Shown: positions 56,186 through 64,000 of the stretch, one piece after another
Layout of the letters: every line of letters starts with the position of its first letter
How positions within the stretch are numbered: position 1 is the stretch's first letter
NCBI GenBank assembly: GCA_963746845.1
Contig: CAVVCZ010000004.1
Location: 1,184,001 to 1,248,000, forward strand
DNA: 64,000 bases
Source of the DNA: an uncultured Chloroflexia bacterium
GTDB taxonomy: Bacteria; Chloroflexota; Limnocylindria; Limnocylindrales; CSP1-4
Direction: 5' to 3'
Program-made: the position numbers and the translations under genes
Notes under the pieces: model-generated
What the model was told of the DNA's origin: nothing
The model's database searches: none
What the model saw: the letters and a program-made list of their open reading frames with translations, nothing else

Positions 56186-56909
56186 TGCGGGCGTCGCTCC
56201 GCAGGGCCGCCTCGACGCGGTCGAGGTCGCCGGGCACCGTCACCTTGAGGTTGGCGGGGTCGCCTGCGATCGCATGGACGGGAATGGTACAGGCCTCCAG
56301 CAGGGCGGCCTCATCGGTCCAGGCCTCGGGCCCGGCCGGCGGGAAGCGCTCGAACGCCGAGCGGAGCAGCCCGCGCCGCACGCCCTGCGGGGTCTGGGCG
56401 GCGGCCAGGCCCTCGCGGTCGACGGTGCCCCCGATCAGCCCGCCGTCGACGCGCTTCAGCGTCTCCGTGACCGCGACGACCGGGATCGCGGCGCCGTGCT
56501 CGCTCGTCGCCGCCACCACCCGCGAGACGAGCTCCGGCGCGACCAGCGGTCGGGCGCCGTCGTGGACGAGCACCACCCGCTCGTCGACCGGGCCCGTGCC
56601 GCCGAGGATGTCGAGGGCCGCCAGACCGGCCGCCACCGACTCGTGACGACGGGACCCACCCGGGACCACCGCCCGGACGGCCTCGGGCAGCCAGTCGGAC
56701 GCCACGATCCGCTCGATCCGTTCGGGCGCGGTCACGAGCGCGATCGACTCCACCTCCGGGCTGGCCGCGATCGCGATGAGCGCGTACGCCAGCAGCGGTC
56801 GGCCGGCGACGACGCGGTCGAGCTTGTCGATCCCGTGCATCCGTCGCGAGGACCCGGCCGCGACGACGATCGCGTCGGCGATGGGCGTCTCGGAGGTCGC
56901 CGCCGCCAT
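56186..56909 (-). CDS. ispD: 2-C-methyl-D-erythritol 4-phosphate cytidylyltransferase domain (no stop at the domain end)
   Basis: AAGSSRRM..DK, GG.RRHESV, VLVHDGARPL, QTPQG, TDEA and NLKVT..DL motifs. Confidence 0.88.
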
Positions 56910-56922
56910 CGGCCCGGGGACG

Positions 56923-57981
56923 TCAGTCCAGCCGGGGCTGGGCGAAGATCATCCGGCCCGCCACGGTCTGGAGGACGCGCGTGACGGACACGTCGAGGTC
57001 CTTGTCGATGTAGCGCACGCCGCCCTCGACGACGATCATCGTCCCGTCGTCCAGGAACCCGACGCCCTGGCCGGCCTCCTTGCCCTCCTGGATCACCCGG
57101 ACCCGGAGCTCCTCGCCGGGGAGCACGGCCGGCTTGACGGCGTTCGCGAGCGAGTTGATGTTCAGGACGCGGACGCCCTGCAGCTCGGCGACCCGGTTCA
57201 GGTTGTAGTCGTTGGTCAGGATCGCCTTCGATCGCGCCCGGGCCAGGGCGACCAGCTTCGCGTCGACCTCGGCGATCTCCGGCAGTGGCTCGTCGACGAT
57301 CTCGATCGGCGTCGGCGAATCCTTCTGCATCTTCGCGAGGATCTCCAGACCGCGACGACCGCGGTTGCGCCGGAGCGTGTCCGAGCTGTCGGCGATGTGC
57401 TGGAGCTCGTCGAGGACGAACTTCGGAACGACGAGCGTGCCGTAGATGAAGCCGGACTCGACGATCTCGGCGATCCGGCCGTCGATGATCGCGCTCGTGT
57501 CGACGACGATGTGGGGATCGCCGGAGGCGGACCCGCGGCCCGTCTCGGGCACGGGTCGGCGGACCAGCCCGATGGCCTCGGCGGCGATGATCAGGTCCTC
57601 CCGTTTCGCGACGGTCAGTCCGAGCATCCCGAGGCCCAGGAACAGGGACACCCCGAGGGGCAGCCACGTCCCGAGCGGATCGGGGAAGGCGGACAGCGGC
57701 AGCCCGAGCAGCAGCCCCATCAGGAGCCCGATCAGGAGGCCCGCGACGGCGGTCACGAACTCGGCGGTCGAGAGCTGCTCGATCTGGCGGAGGACCCAGA
57801 CGGCGGGCACCACGGTCAGGTACGGGAGGATCGCGAAGCCGACGACGATCCACGCGACGACCCAGGCGAAGAGCAGCCAGCCGCTGTCCGCCGACTGTTC
57901 GAACAGGTGCGCCGACGCTGCCAGGCCGAGCCCGACGAGCCCGCCGAGGGCGGCACCGAGGAGGCGGATGTTGCGGATCAC
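56923..57981 (-). CDS. Membrane-anchored PIN/TRAM-domain protein (YacL family)
   Basis: Four TM segments, then VDTSAIIDGRI, ELQHIADS, TNDYNLN and GVGFLDDGTMIVVE..LQTVAGRMIFA. Confidence 0.92.
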   Translation of the reverse strand: MIRNIRLLGAALGGLVGLGLAASAHLFEQSADSGWLLFAWVVAWIVVGFAILPYLTVVPAVWVLRQIEQLSTAEFVTAVAGLLIGLLMGLLLGLPLSAFPDPLGTWLPLGVSLFLGLGMLGLTVAKREDLIIAAEAIGLVRRPVPETGRGSASGDPHIVVDTSAIIDGRIAEIVESGFIYGTLVVPKFVLDELQHIADSSDTLRRNRGRRGLEILAKMQKDSPTPIEIVDEPLPEIAEVDAKLVALARARSKAILTNDYNLNRVAELQGVRVLNINSLANAVKPAVLPGEELRVRVIQEGKEAGQGVGFLDDGTMIVVEGGVRYIDKDLDVSVTRVLQTVAGRMIFAQPRLD

Positions 57982-58051
57982 GTGGTCCTCGCGTCGTCCC
58001 TCTCGAGGCGCCGAGGCCCGTCGCCCTCGCTCACGCCGCAGCGGCCGTACC

Positions 58052-59506
58052 TTAGCATCGGGCCGACCCCACCGCCACGCGTCCGGACCGCTCCGGACCA
58101 CCCACGAGCGCCGCGTCGATGGCGTCGCGAGGGCTCGTCACGGCGATGACTTCCAGACCCGGGATGTCCGGAGGGGCGGTGCCGCGCGCGAGCCGTGGCA
58201 CGATCGCCCGACCGAACCCGAGACGGGCCGCCTCCCGCAGCCGGCGCTCCAGACCGACGACCGCCCGGAGCTCGCCGAGCAGGCCGACCTCGCCGATCGC
58301 GACGGTGCCGACCGCGACCGCCCGGTCCCGGAGCGACGACGCGAGGGCCAGCGCGAGCGGCAGGTCCAGCCCGGGCTCGTCGACGGTGAGGCCGCCCGCG
58401 AGATTGACGTAGACGTCGTGCGTCGCGAGCCCGATCCCGGCGCGCCGGCCGAGGACCGCGACGAGCAGCGCGACCCGGTTGGTGTCGACACCGCTGGCCG
58501 TCCGGCGCGGCGTCCCGCCCGGTCCGGCGGCGACGAGCGCCTGGACCTCGACCAGGAGCGGCCGGGACCCCTCCATGGTCGGTGCGACGACGCTGCCCGG
58601 CGCCGGCCCGTCGTGCTCGGCGAGGAACGCCCGGGCCGGATCGGCGACCTCGCGCAGGCCGCCATCGCCCATCTCGAACACGCCGACCTCGTCGGTCGAC
58701 CCGAACCGGTTCTTCGAGGCGCGGAGCAGCCGCACCGCGGCGTACCGCTCGCCGTCGAGGGTCAGGACCGCATCGACGAGGTGCTCGAGGGTCTTCGGGC
58801 CGGCGATCGAGCCGTCCTTGGTCACGTGGCCGACGAGGACGACCGCGATCCCGTTCGGCTTCGCGACCTCCATCAGCCGGAGCGCCGCGGCCCGGACCTG
58901 GCCGACGCTGCCGGCGGCGCCGTCCAGATCGTCGACGGTCGCGGTCTGGACCGAGTCGACGACGAGGAGCGCGGGCGCCGGCGACTCGAGCGCAATCTCG
59001 GCGATCCGGTCGATGGACGATTCGGCGGCGATCCGGATTCCGGCGGCCGCACCGTCCAGCAGCCCGAGGCGCTCGGCGCGGAGGCGGATCTGGGCCGCCG
59101 ACTCCTCGCCGGTCGCGTACAGGACGCGCTCGGGACCGACCGTTGCTGCGACACCGGCGGCGGCCTGGAGGAGGAGCGTCGACTTGCCGATCCCCGGCTC
59201 GCCGCCGACGAGGACGACCGAGCCCGGGACGAGCCCGCCGCCGAGGACGCGATCGAGCTCCGGCATGCCGATCGCCAGCCGCGCGTGCTCGGATGGGCCG
59301 ATGTCCGCGAGACGCGTCGTGATCGTCGCTCCGCCGAACCCGGGACCGGTCGCGGCCCGTGTCGCCCGCGCCTCGGTCCGAACCGCGGTCTCGACGAGGC
59401 TGTTCCACGCCTGGCAGGCGCGGCACTGGCCCTCCCAGCGAAGGAATGCCTCGCCGCACGACTGGCAGACGTAGCGCGTCTGGGCGCGACCGGCCGACTT
59501 GCTCAT
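58052..59506 (-). CDS. radA: DNA repair protein RadA/Sms
   Basis: CxxC..CxxC Zn finger, GEPGIGKST, KNRFG and Lon-like C-terminal domain. Confidence 0.97.
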   Translation of the reverse strand: MSKSAGRAQTRYVCQSCGEAFLRWEGQCRACQAWNSLVETAVRTEARATRAATGPGFGGATITTRLADIGPSEHARLAIGMPELDRVLGGGLVPGSVVLVGGEPGIGKSTLLLQAAAGVAATVGPERVLYATGEESAAQIRLRAERLGLLDGAAAGIRIAAESSIDRIAEIALESPAPALLVVDSVQTATVDDLDGAAGSVGQVRAAALRLMEVAKPNGIAVVLVGHVTKDGSIAGPKTLEHLVDAVLTLDGERYAAVRLLRASKNRFGSTDEVGVFEMGDGGLREVADPARAFLAEHDGPAPGSVVAPTMEGSRPLLVEVQALVAAGPGGTPRRTASGVDTNRVALLVAVLGRRAGIGLATHDVYVNLAGGLTVDEPGLDLPLALALASSLRDRAVAVGTVAIGEVGLLGELRAVVGLERRLREAARLGFGRAIVPRLARGTAPPDIPGLEVIAVTSPRDAIDAALVGGPERSGRVAVGSARC

Positions 59507-59534
59507 CCCGGTCGCCGACTGGACCGGCGGGCGC

Positions 59535-62006
59535 TCAGGCCTCGACCGGCGTCAGCGGCTCGGCGGCGTGGATCTCGAGGCCGGCCTCCGGGTCGCGGTC
59601 GACGACGATCGTCGTGCCCGGCTCGTACTTGCCGAGCAGGAGGTGCTCGGCGAGGACGTCCTCGACCATGTTCTGGATGACCCGGCGGAGCGGCCGCGCG
59701 CCATAGGCGACGTCGTAGCCGAGCTTGATGATGTGCTCCTTCGCCGCCTGGGTGATCTCGAGGTTCATCTGCTGGGCACGGAGCTGGTCGTGGACCCGGG
59801 CGAGCATGAGATCGACGATCTGGGTGATCTCCTCGACCGTCAGCGACCGGAAGACCACCGTCGCATCGATCCGGTTCAGGAACTCCGGCCGGAAGTTGTT
59901 CTTCAGCTCGGCCGCGACCTTCTCCTTCATCACCTCGTAGGAGGCCTCGGCCTGCGTCTCCGCGCTCTCGCCACGGTTCCGGAATCCGAGCGTCGAGTTC
60001 GTCTGGAGCTGCTTGGCCCCGAGGTTCGAGGTCATGATGATGATGCAGTTCCGGAAGTCGACCCGACGGCCCTTGGCGTCGGACAGATGCCCATCCTCGA
60101 GGATCTGGAGGAGGATGTTGAACACTTCCGGATGGGCCTTCTCGACCTCGTCGAGGAGCACGACCGCGTAGCTCTTCCGGCGGACCGCCTCGGTCAGCTG
60201 GCCGCCCTCGTCGAACCCGACGTAGCCCGGAGGGGCCCCGACGAGCCGGCTCACGTTGTGGCGCTCCATGAACTCGCTCATGTCGATCTTGATGAGCGCG
60301 TCCTCGCTGCCGAACATGAACTCGGCGAGGGCCTTGGCGAGCTCGGTCTTCCCGACGCCGGTGGGGCCGAGGAAGATGAACGAGCCGATCGGGCGCTTGG
60401 GATCCTTCAGACCGGCCCGGGCGCGGCGGACGGCCTTCGAGATGACCTCGATCGCCTCCTGCTGGCCGATGACGCGGCTGTGAAGGGCCTCCTCCATGTG
60501 GAGCAGCCGCTCCGACTCCTCGGCGGCGATCCGGGTGACCGGGATTCCGGTCCACATCGCGACGACCTGGGCGATCTCCTCCTCGTCGACCGTCGGCTGG
60601 TCGCTCGAGACCTGGGACTGCCACTCGGCGCGGAGCTTGTCGACCGTCTCGCGGGCGGTCGCCTCCGCCTCGCGCAGGCGCGCCGCCTCTTCGTACTCCT
60701 GGTTGTTGATCGCCGCGTCCTTCTCCTTCGTGACGCGATCCAGCTCCTTCTGCCCCTCGCGCAGCGCGGGCGGGGCGGACGCGTGGCGGAGGCGAACGCG
60801 TGAGGCGGCCTCGTCGATCAGGTCGATGGCCTTGTCCGGCAGGTGGCGGTCCGTGATGTACCGGCTCGACAGGTCGGCGGCGGCCTTCACCGCGTCGTCC
60901 GTGATCGTGACCTTGTGGTGCTGCTCGTAGCGCTCACGGATGCCCATGAGGATGTCGACGGTCTGTTCGAGCGTCGGCTCCTCGACCATCACCGGCTGGA
61001 AGCGGCGCTCCAGGGCGGCGTCCCGCTCGATGTACTTGCGGTACTCGTCCAGCGTCGTGGCGCCGATGCACTGGAGCTCGCCGCGCGACAGCGGCGGCTT
61101 GAGGATGTTGGCCGCGTCGATCGCGCCCTCGGCGGCGCCGGCCCCGACGAGCGTGTGGAGCTCGTCGATGAACAGGACCGCGTCGTTCGTGTTGCGCAGC
61201 TCCTCGATGATCTTCTTGAGCCGCTCCTCGAACTCGCCCCGGTATTTCGTGCCGGCGACGAGCGAGCCGATGTCCAGGGTCAGGACCCGCTTGTTCAGCA
61301 GGGTCTCGGGGACGTCGCCGGCGACGATCCGATGGGCGAGGCCCTCGGCGATCGCGGTCTTGCCGACGCCGGGCTCGCCGATCAGCGCCGGATTGTTCTT
61401 CTGGCGCCGCGACAGGATCTGGATGACCCGCTCGATCTCCTTGTCCCGGCCGATGACGGGATCGAGCTTTCCGGACCGGGCGAGCTCCGTGAGGTTGATC
61501 CCGAGCTGGTCGACGGTCGGGGTCTTGCTGGCGCGCTTCGTCTCCTGGGCCGGGCCGGCGGACGAGCTCTGCGACAGGACCCGGATGACCTCGTGGCGGA
61601 CCTTGTCCAGGTTCACGCCGAGGGACTCGAGGACGCCCGCGGCGATCCCCTCCCCTTCGCGGACGAGGCCGAGCAGCAGGTGCTCCGTGCCGATGTAGTT
61701 GTGGCCGAGCCGCCGGGCCTCGTCGATCGCGAGCTCGATCACCCGCTTGGCCCGCGGCGTCAGGCCGACCTCGCCGACGACCGGCCGGTCGCCGCGCCCG
61801 ATGATGAACTCGACCGCGGTCCGGACCTTGGCGAGCTCGACGTTCATGTTCTCGAGGACGCGCGCCGCGACACCCTCGCCCTCGCGGACGAGGCCGAGCA
61901 GCAGGTGCTCGGTGCCGATGTAGTTGTGGTTGAACCGCTGCGCCTCGTCCTGCGCCAGGGTCAGGACCTTGCGCGCGCGATCCGTGAACTTGTCGAAGCG
62001 GTCCAT
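59535..62006 (-). CDS. clpC: ATP-dependent Clp protease ATP-binding subunit ClpC
   Basis: Two Clp-N repeats, Walker A motifs GEPGVGKT and GPTGVGKT, short UVR coiled coil and an LGF ClpP-docking loop. Start at ATG 62006. Confidence 0.97.
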   Translation of the reverse strand: MDRFDKFTDRARKVLTLAQDEAQRFNHNYIGTEHLLLGLVREGEGVAARVLENMNVELAKVRTAVEFIIGRGDRPVVGEVGLTPRAKRVIELAIDEARRLGHNYIGTEHLLLGLVREGEGIAAGVLESLGVNLDKVRHEVIRVLSQSSSAGPAQETKRASKTPTVDQLGINLTELARSGKLDPVIGRDKEIERVIQILSRRQKNNPALIGEPGVGKTAIAEGLAHRIVAGDVPETLLNKRVLTLDIGSLVAGTKYRGEFEERLKKIIEELRNTNDAVLFIDELHTLVGAGAAEGAIDAANILKPPLSRGELQCIGATTLDEYRKYIERDAALERRFQPVMVEEPTLEQTVDILMGIRERYEQHHKVTITDDAVKAAADLSSRYITDRHLPDKAIDLIDEAASRVRLRHASAPPALREGQKELDRVTKEKDAAINNQEYEEAARLREAEATARETVDKLRAEWQSQVSSDQPTVDEEEIAQVVAMWTGIPVTRIAAEESERLLHMEEALHSRVIGQQEAIEVISKAVRRARAGLKDPKRPIGSFIFLGPTGVGKTELAKALAEFMFGSEDALIKIDMSEFMERHNVSRLVGAPPGYVGFDEGGQLTEAVRRKSYAVVLLDEVEKAHPEVFNILLQILEDGHLSDAKGRRVDFRNCIIIMTSNLGAKQLQTNSTLGFRNRGESAETQAEASYEVMKEKVAAELKNNFRPEFLNRIDATVVFRSLTVEEITQIVDLMLARVHDQLRAQQMNLEITQAAKEHIIKLGYDVAYGARPLRRVIQNMVEDVLAEHLLLGKYEPGTTIVVDRDPEAGLEIHAAEPLTPVEA

Positions 62007-62056
62007 CGAGTCGAACGTCTGTTTCCCTGTGAGCGTCCGAACGGACGCCTTTGGCC

Positions 62057-62065
62057 ATGCTAGCA
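62057..62065 (-). promoter_or_regulatory. Putative extended -10 promoter for clpC
   Basis: TGcTAGCAT about 50 nt upstream of the clpC ATG. Confidence 0.4.
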
Positions 62066-62204
62066 CGGAGCCCTGACCCCACAACCAACCGATGGAGCCA
62101 CCCCATCTGGGTGGTCCGGTGTGGTCGGGTCGCCCGATCCCGTGGCCGGATCATCCACGAGACGCCGCAGGCTTGCGTCGGGATCCGGTCATCGACATCC
62201 GTGA

Positions 62205-62241
62205 AGGAATCGAAACGACCCGCCGGGATCCGGCGGGTCGT
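62205..62241 (-). terminator. Intrinsic terminator-like hairpin after rpsA
   Basis: 12-bp perfect stem ACGACCCGCCGG/CCGGCGGGTCGT followed by a T-rich tail on the minus strand. Confidence 0.65.
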
Positions 62242-62269
62242 CGGGAGATCGCGTGTGCGCGACGGGTCG

Positions 62270-64000
62270 TCAGCCTTCGGGCTCGTCGTCCTTCGCGTCC
62301 CTGGCCGTCTTGGCGTCCCTGGCCTCGTCGGCGGATCCGCCCTTCGGGGCCTTGGCGCTCTTCGTCTCGGGCTCCTCGACCTTGGCATCCTCGACCGTGG
62401 CGTCGGCCTCGGTCGCGTCCGCCTCGACGGCACCTGCGTCCTCGAAGAGGGCGGTCTCGAGCGTCGCCTCGTCCTCGGCCACGTCTTCGACGATCTCGGC
62501 GATCGCATCGGCCGCGACGGCCTCCTCGGCCTCCTCGGCCGCGGCGACTTCCTCCACGATGTCCACGACCTCGGCCTCGGCAGCCGGGGCGTTGTCGTCG
62601 TTGGCGGCTGCAGCGTCGACGAGCTGGTCGATCTGCCCGGCGGCCTCGGCCTCCATCTCGGTCTCGTCGGCGGCCACCGCCTCGACGATCTCGTCGATCG
62701 CCTCGGCTGCCGCGGTCTCCTCGACCCCCTCGGCCGCAACGACCTCGTCGACATCGCTCGAGAGGCGCGCCTCCTCCGACGCGGCGAGCTGGTCGCGAAC
62801 CTGGGCGAATGCCGCCGCGAGCGTGTTGTCGATGCCGCCCTCGGGCTCCTGGACGGCGTCGCTCGCCGACCAGCCCCGATCGGGACGTGGGCGTCGCTCG
62901 CCGCGCGGTGCGGCGGCCGCGGGTGCCCCCGCCTCCGGTGCCGGTCGAGCCGGCGGCTCCTCCGCCTGCTTGAGGCTGAGGCCCAGGCGATGCCGCTCGG
63001 AGTCGAGCGAGATGATCTTCAGCTTGAGCGTCTGACCCTCGTGGACGACGTCGCCCGGATGGGCGACGCGCTGATGGGACAGCTCGCTGATGTGGATCAG
63101 GCCCTCGAGCCCGTCGCGCACGCGGACGAAGGCGCCGAAGTTGACGAGCTTGGTGACGGTGCCATCGATGATGTCGCCGACCTTGAAGTCGGCCACCGTC
63201 GAGTGCCACGGGTCCGGCTGCAGGCGACGGATCGACAGGCTGATCCGTCCGCGCTCGTGGTTGATGTCGATGACCTCGGCCTCGACCTCGTCACCGACCT
63301 TGTAGCCGGCCTCGGGGTTGTTGACCTTGTTCCACGACAGCTCGCTCTTGTGGACGAGGCCGTCGATCCCGCCGAGGTCGATGAAGACGCCGAACGGGGC
63401 GATCGAGCGGACGGTGCCGGTGACCTTCTGGCCGACCTGCAGGCTGCTGAACAGCTCGTCCCGCTTCTCGCGCCGCTCCTCGTAGAGGGCGACCTTCTCC
63501 GAGAGGATCAGGCGGTTCGCCTTGCGGTTGACCTCGAGGATCTTCAGGCGAAGCTTGCGGCCGACGAACGGCATCAGCTTCTCCGCGATCTCCTGGGCGG
63601 CGTCGCGCGGCTGGTCGTTCTGCGGCCGGCGCGGGAAGTCGACGATCTGGCTGATCGGCACGAAGCCACGGATGCCGCAGTCGACGATGAGCCCGCCCTT
63701 GTTGTGGTCGATGACGGGCGCCTCGATGATCACGCCCGCCTCGAACTGCTCCTGCATCGCGCGCCACTTGCGCTCGAGGCCCGCCCGGCGCAGCGACAGG
63801 ACCGCGTGGCCCTCCTGCGATTCCGGCTGGAGGACATAGACGAGGACGGTGTCACCGATCGCCAGCTGAGGCTGGGACTCGGCATGGCGTCCGTAGAGCT
63901 CGCGATTGCTGACGACGCCCTCGGACTTCGCGCCGATGTCGACGAGGATCTCGTCCTTGTCGATCCGGACCACGGTGCCCTCGACGACGTCGCCGTGCTT
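62270..64000 (-). CDS. rpsA: 30S ribosomal protein S1-like protein (four S1 domains plus an acidic tail; 5' end outside the window)
   Basis: Repeated S1 domains (VDIGAKSEG, GFVPISQI, FGVFIDLGGIDGLVHKSELSW, FGAFV..EGLIHISELS). Confidence 0.93.
   Translation of the reverse strand, partial: KHGDVVEGTVVRIDKDEILVDIGAKSEGVVSNRELYGRHAESQPQLAIGDTVLVYVLQPESQEGHAVLSLRRAGLERKWRAMQEQFEAGVIIEAPVIDHNKGGLIVDCGIRGFVPISQIVDFPRRPQNDQPRDAAQEIAEKLMPFVGRKLRLKILEVNRKANRLILSEKVALYEERREKRDELFSSLQVGQKVTGTVRSIAPFGVFIDLGGIDGLVHKSELSWNKVNNPEAGYKVGDEVEAEVIDINHERGRISLSIRRLQPDPWHSTVADFKVGDIIDGTVTKLVNFGAFVRVRDGLEGLIHISELSHQRVAHPGDVVHEGQTLKLKIISLDSERHRLGLSLKQAEEPPARPAPEAGAPAAAAPRGERRPRPDRGWSASDAVQEPEGGIDNTLAAAFAQVRDQLAASEEARLSSDVDEVVAAEGVEETAAAEAIDEIVEAVAADETEMEAEAAGQIDQLVDAAAANDDNAPAAEAEVVDIVEEVAAAEEAEEAVAADAIAEIVEDVAEDEATLETALFEDAGAVEADATEADATVEDAKVEEPETKSAKAPKGGSADEARDAKTARDAKDDEPEG

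Noticed and set aside
62055-62070. CIRCE-like TAGCAC upstream of clpC
   Set aside because: Only a partial half-site is present, without the TTAGCACTC-N9-GAGTGCTAA inverted repeat; it is better explained as a -10 element.

Overview
A very GC-rich bacterial core-genome window in which every real gene lies on the minus strand. In transcription order (right to left) it holds rpsA, clpC-radA-PIN/TRAM(yacL-like)-ispD/ispF-cysS-rlmB, tRNA-Thr/Tyr/Thr, tuf-rpmG-tRNA-Trp-secE-nusG-rplKA-rplJL, rpoBC, the str, S10, spc and alpha ribosomal clusters, truA-rplM-rpsI, argF, a TPR protein, cdaA-cdaR-glmM-glmS-acpS-nnrD-alr, a block of four poorly characterised genes, and tsaE-tsaB-rimI-tsaD. Gene order and protein features suggest a high-GC Chloroflexota genome, possibly Limnocylindria-like; this is an inference. 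I saw no mobile element, CRISPR array or rRNA gene. The best candidate for an undescribed system is the block at 2018-5610: a macrodomain protein, a 96-aa helical protein, a GlmL/MutL-like ASKHA-fold ATPase with no B12 mutase partner in the window, and a barrel-sandwich/KOW-like partner. Other notable items are a frameshift at the ispD/ispF junction that leaves IspD in frame with CysS, an alr that needs a non-canonical start, natural streptomycin- and rifampicin-resistance-type residues in S12 and RpoB, a duplicated rplL 3' end around a hairpin, two identical tuf copies, and long disordered tails on housekeeping proteins.
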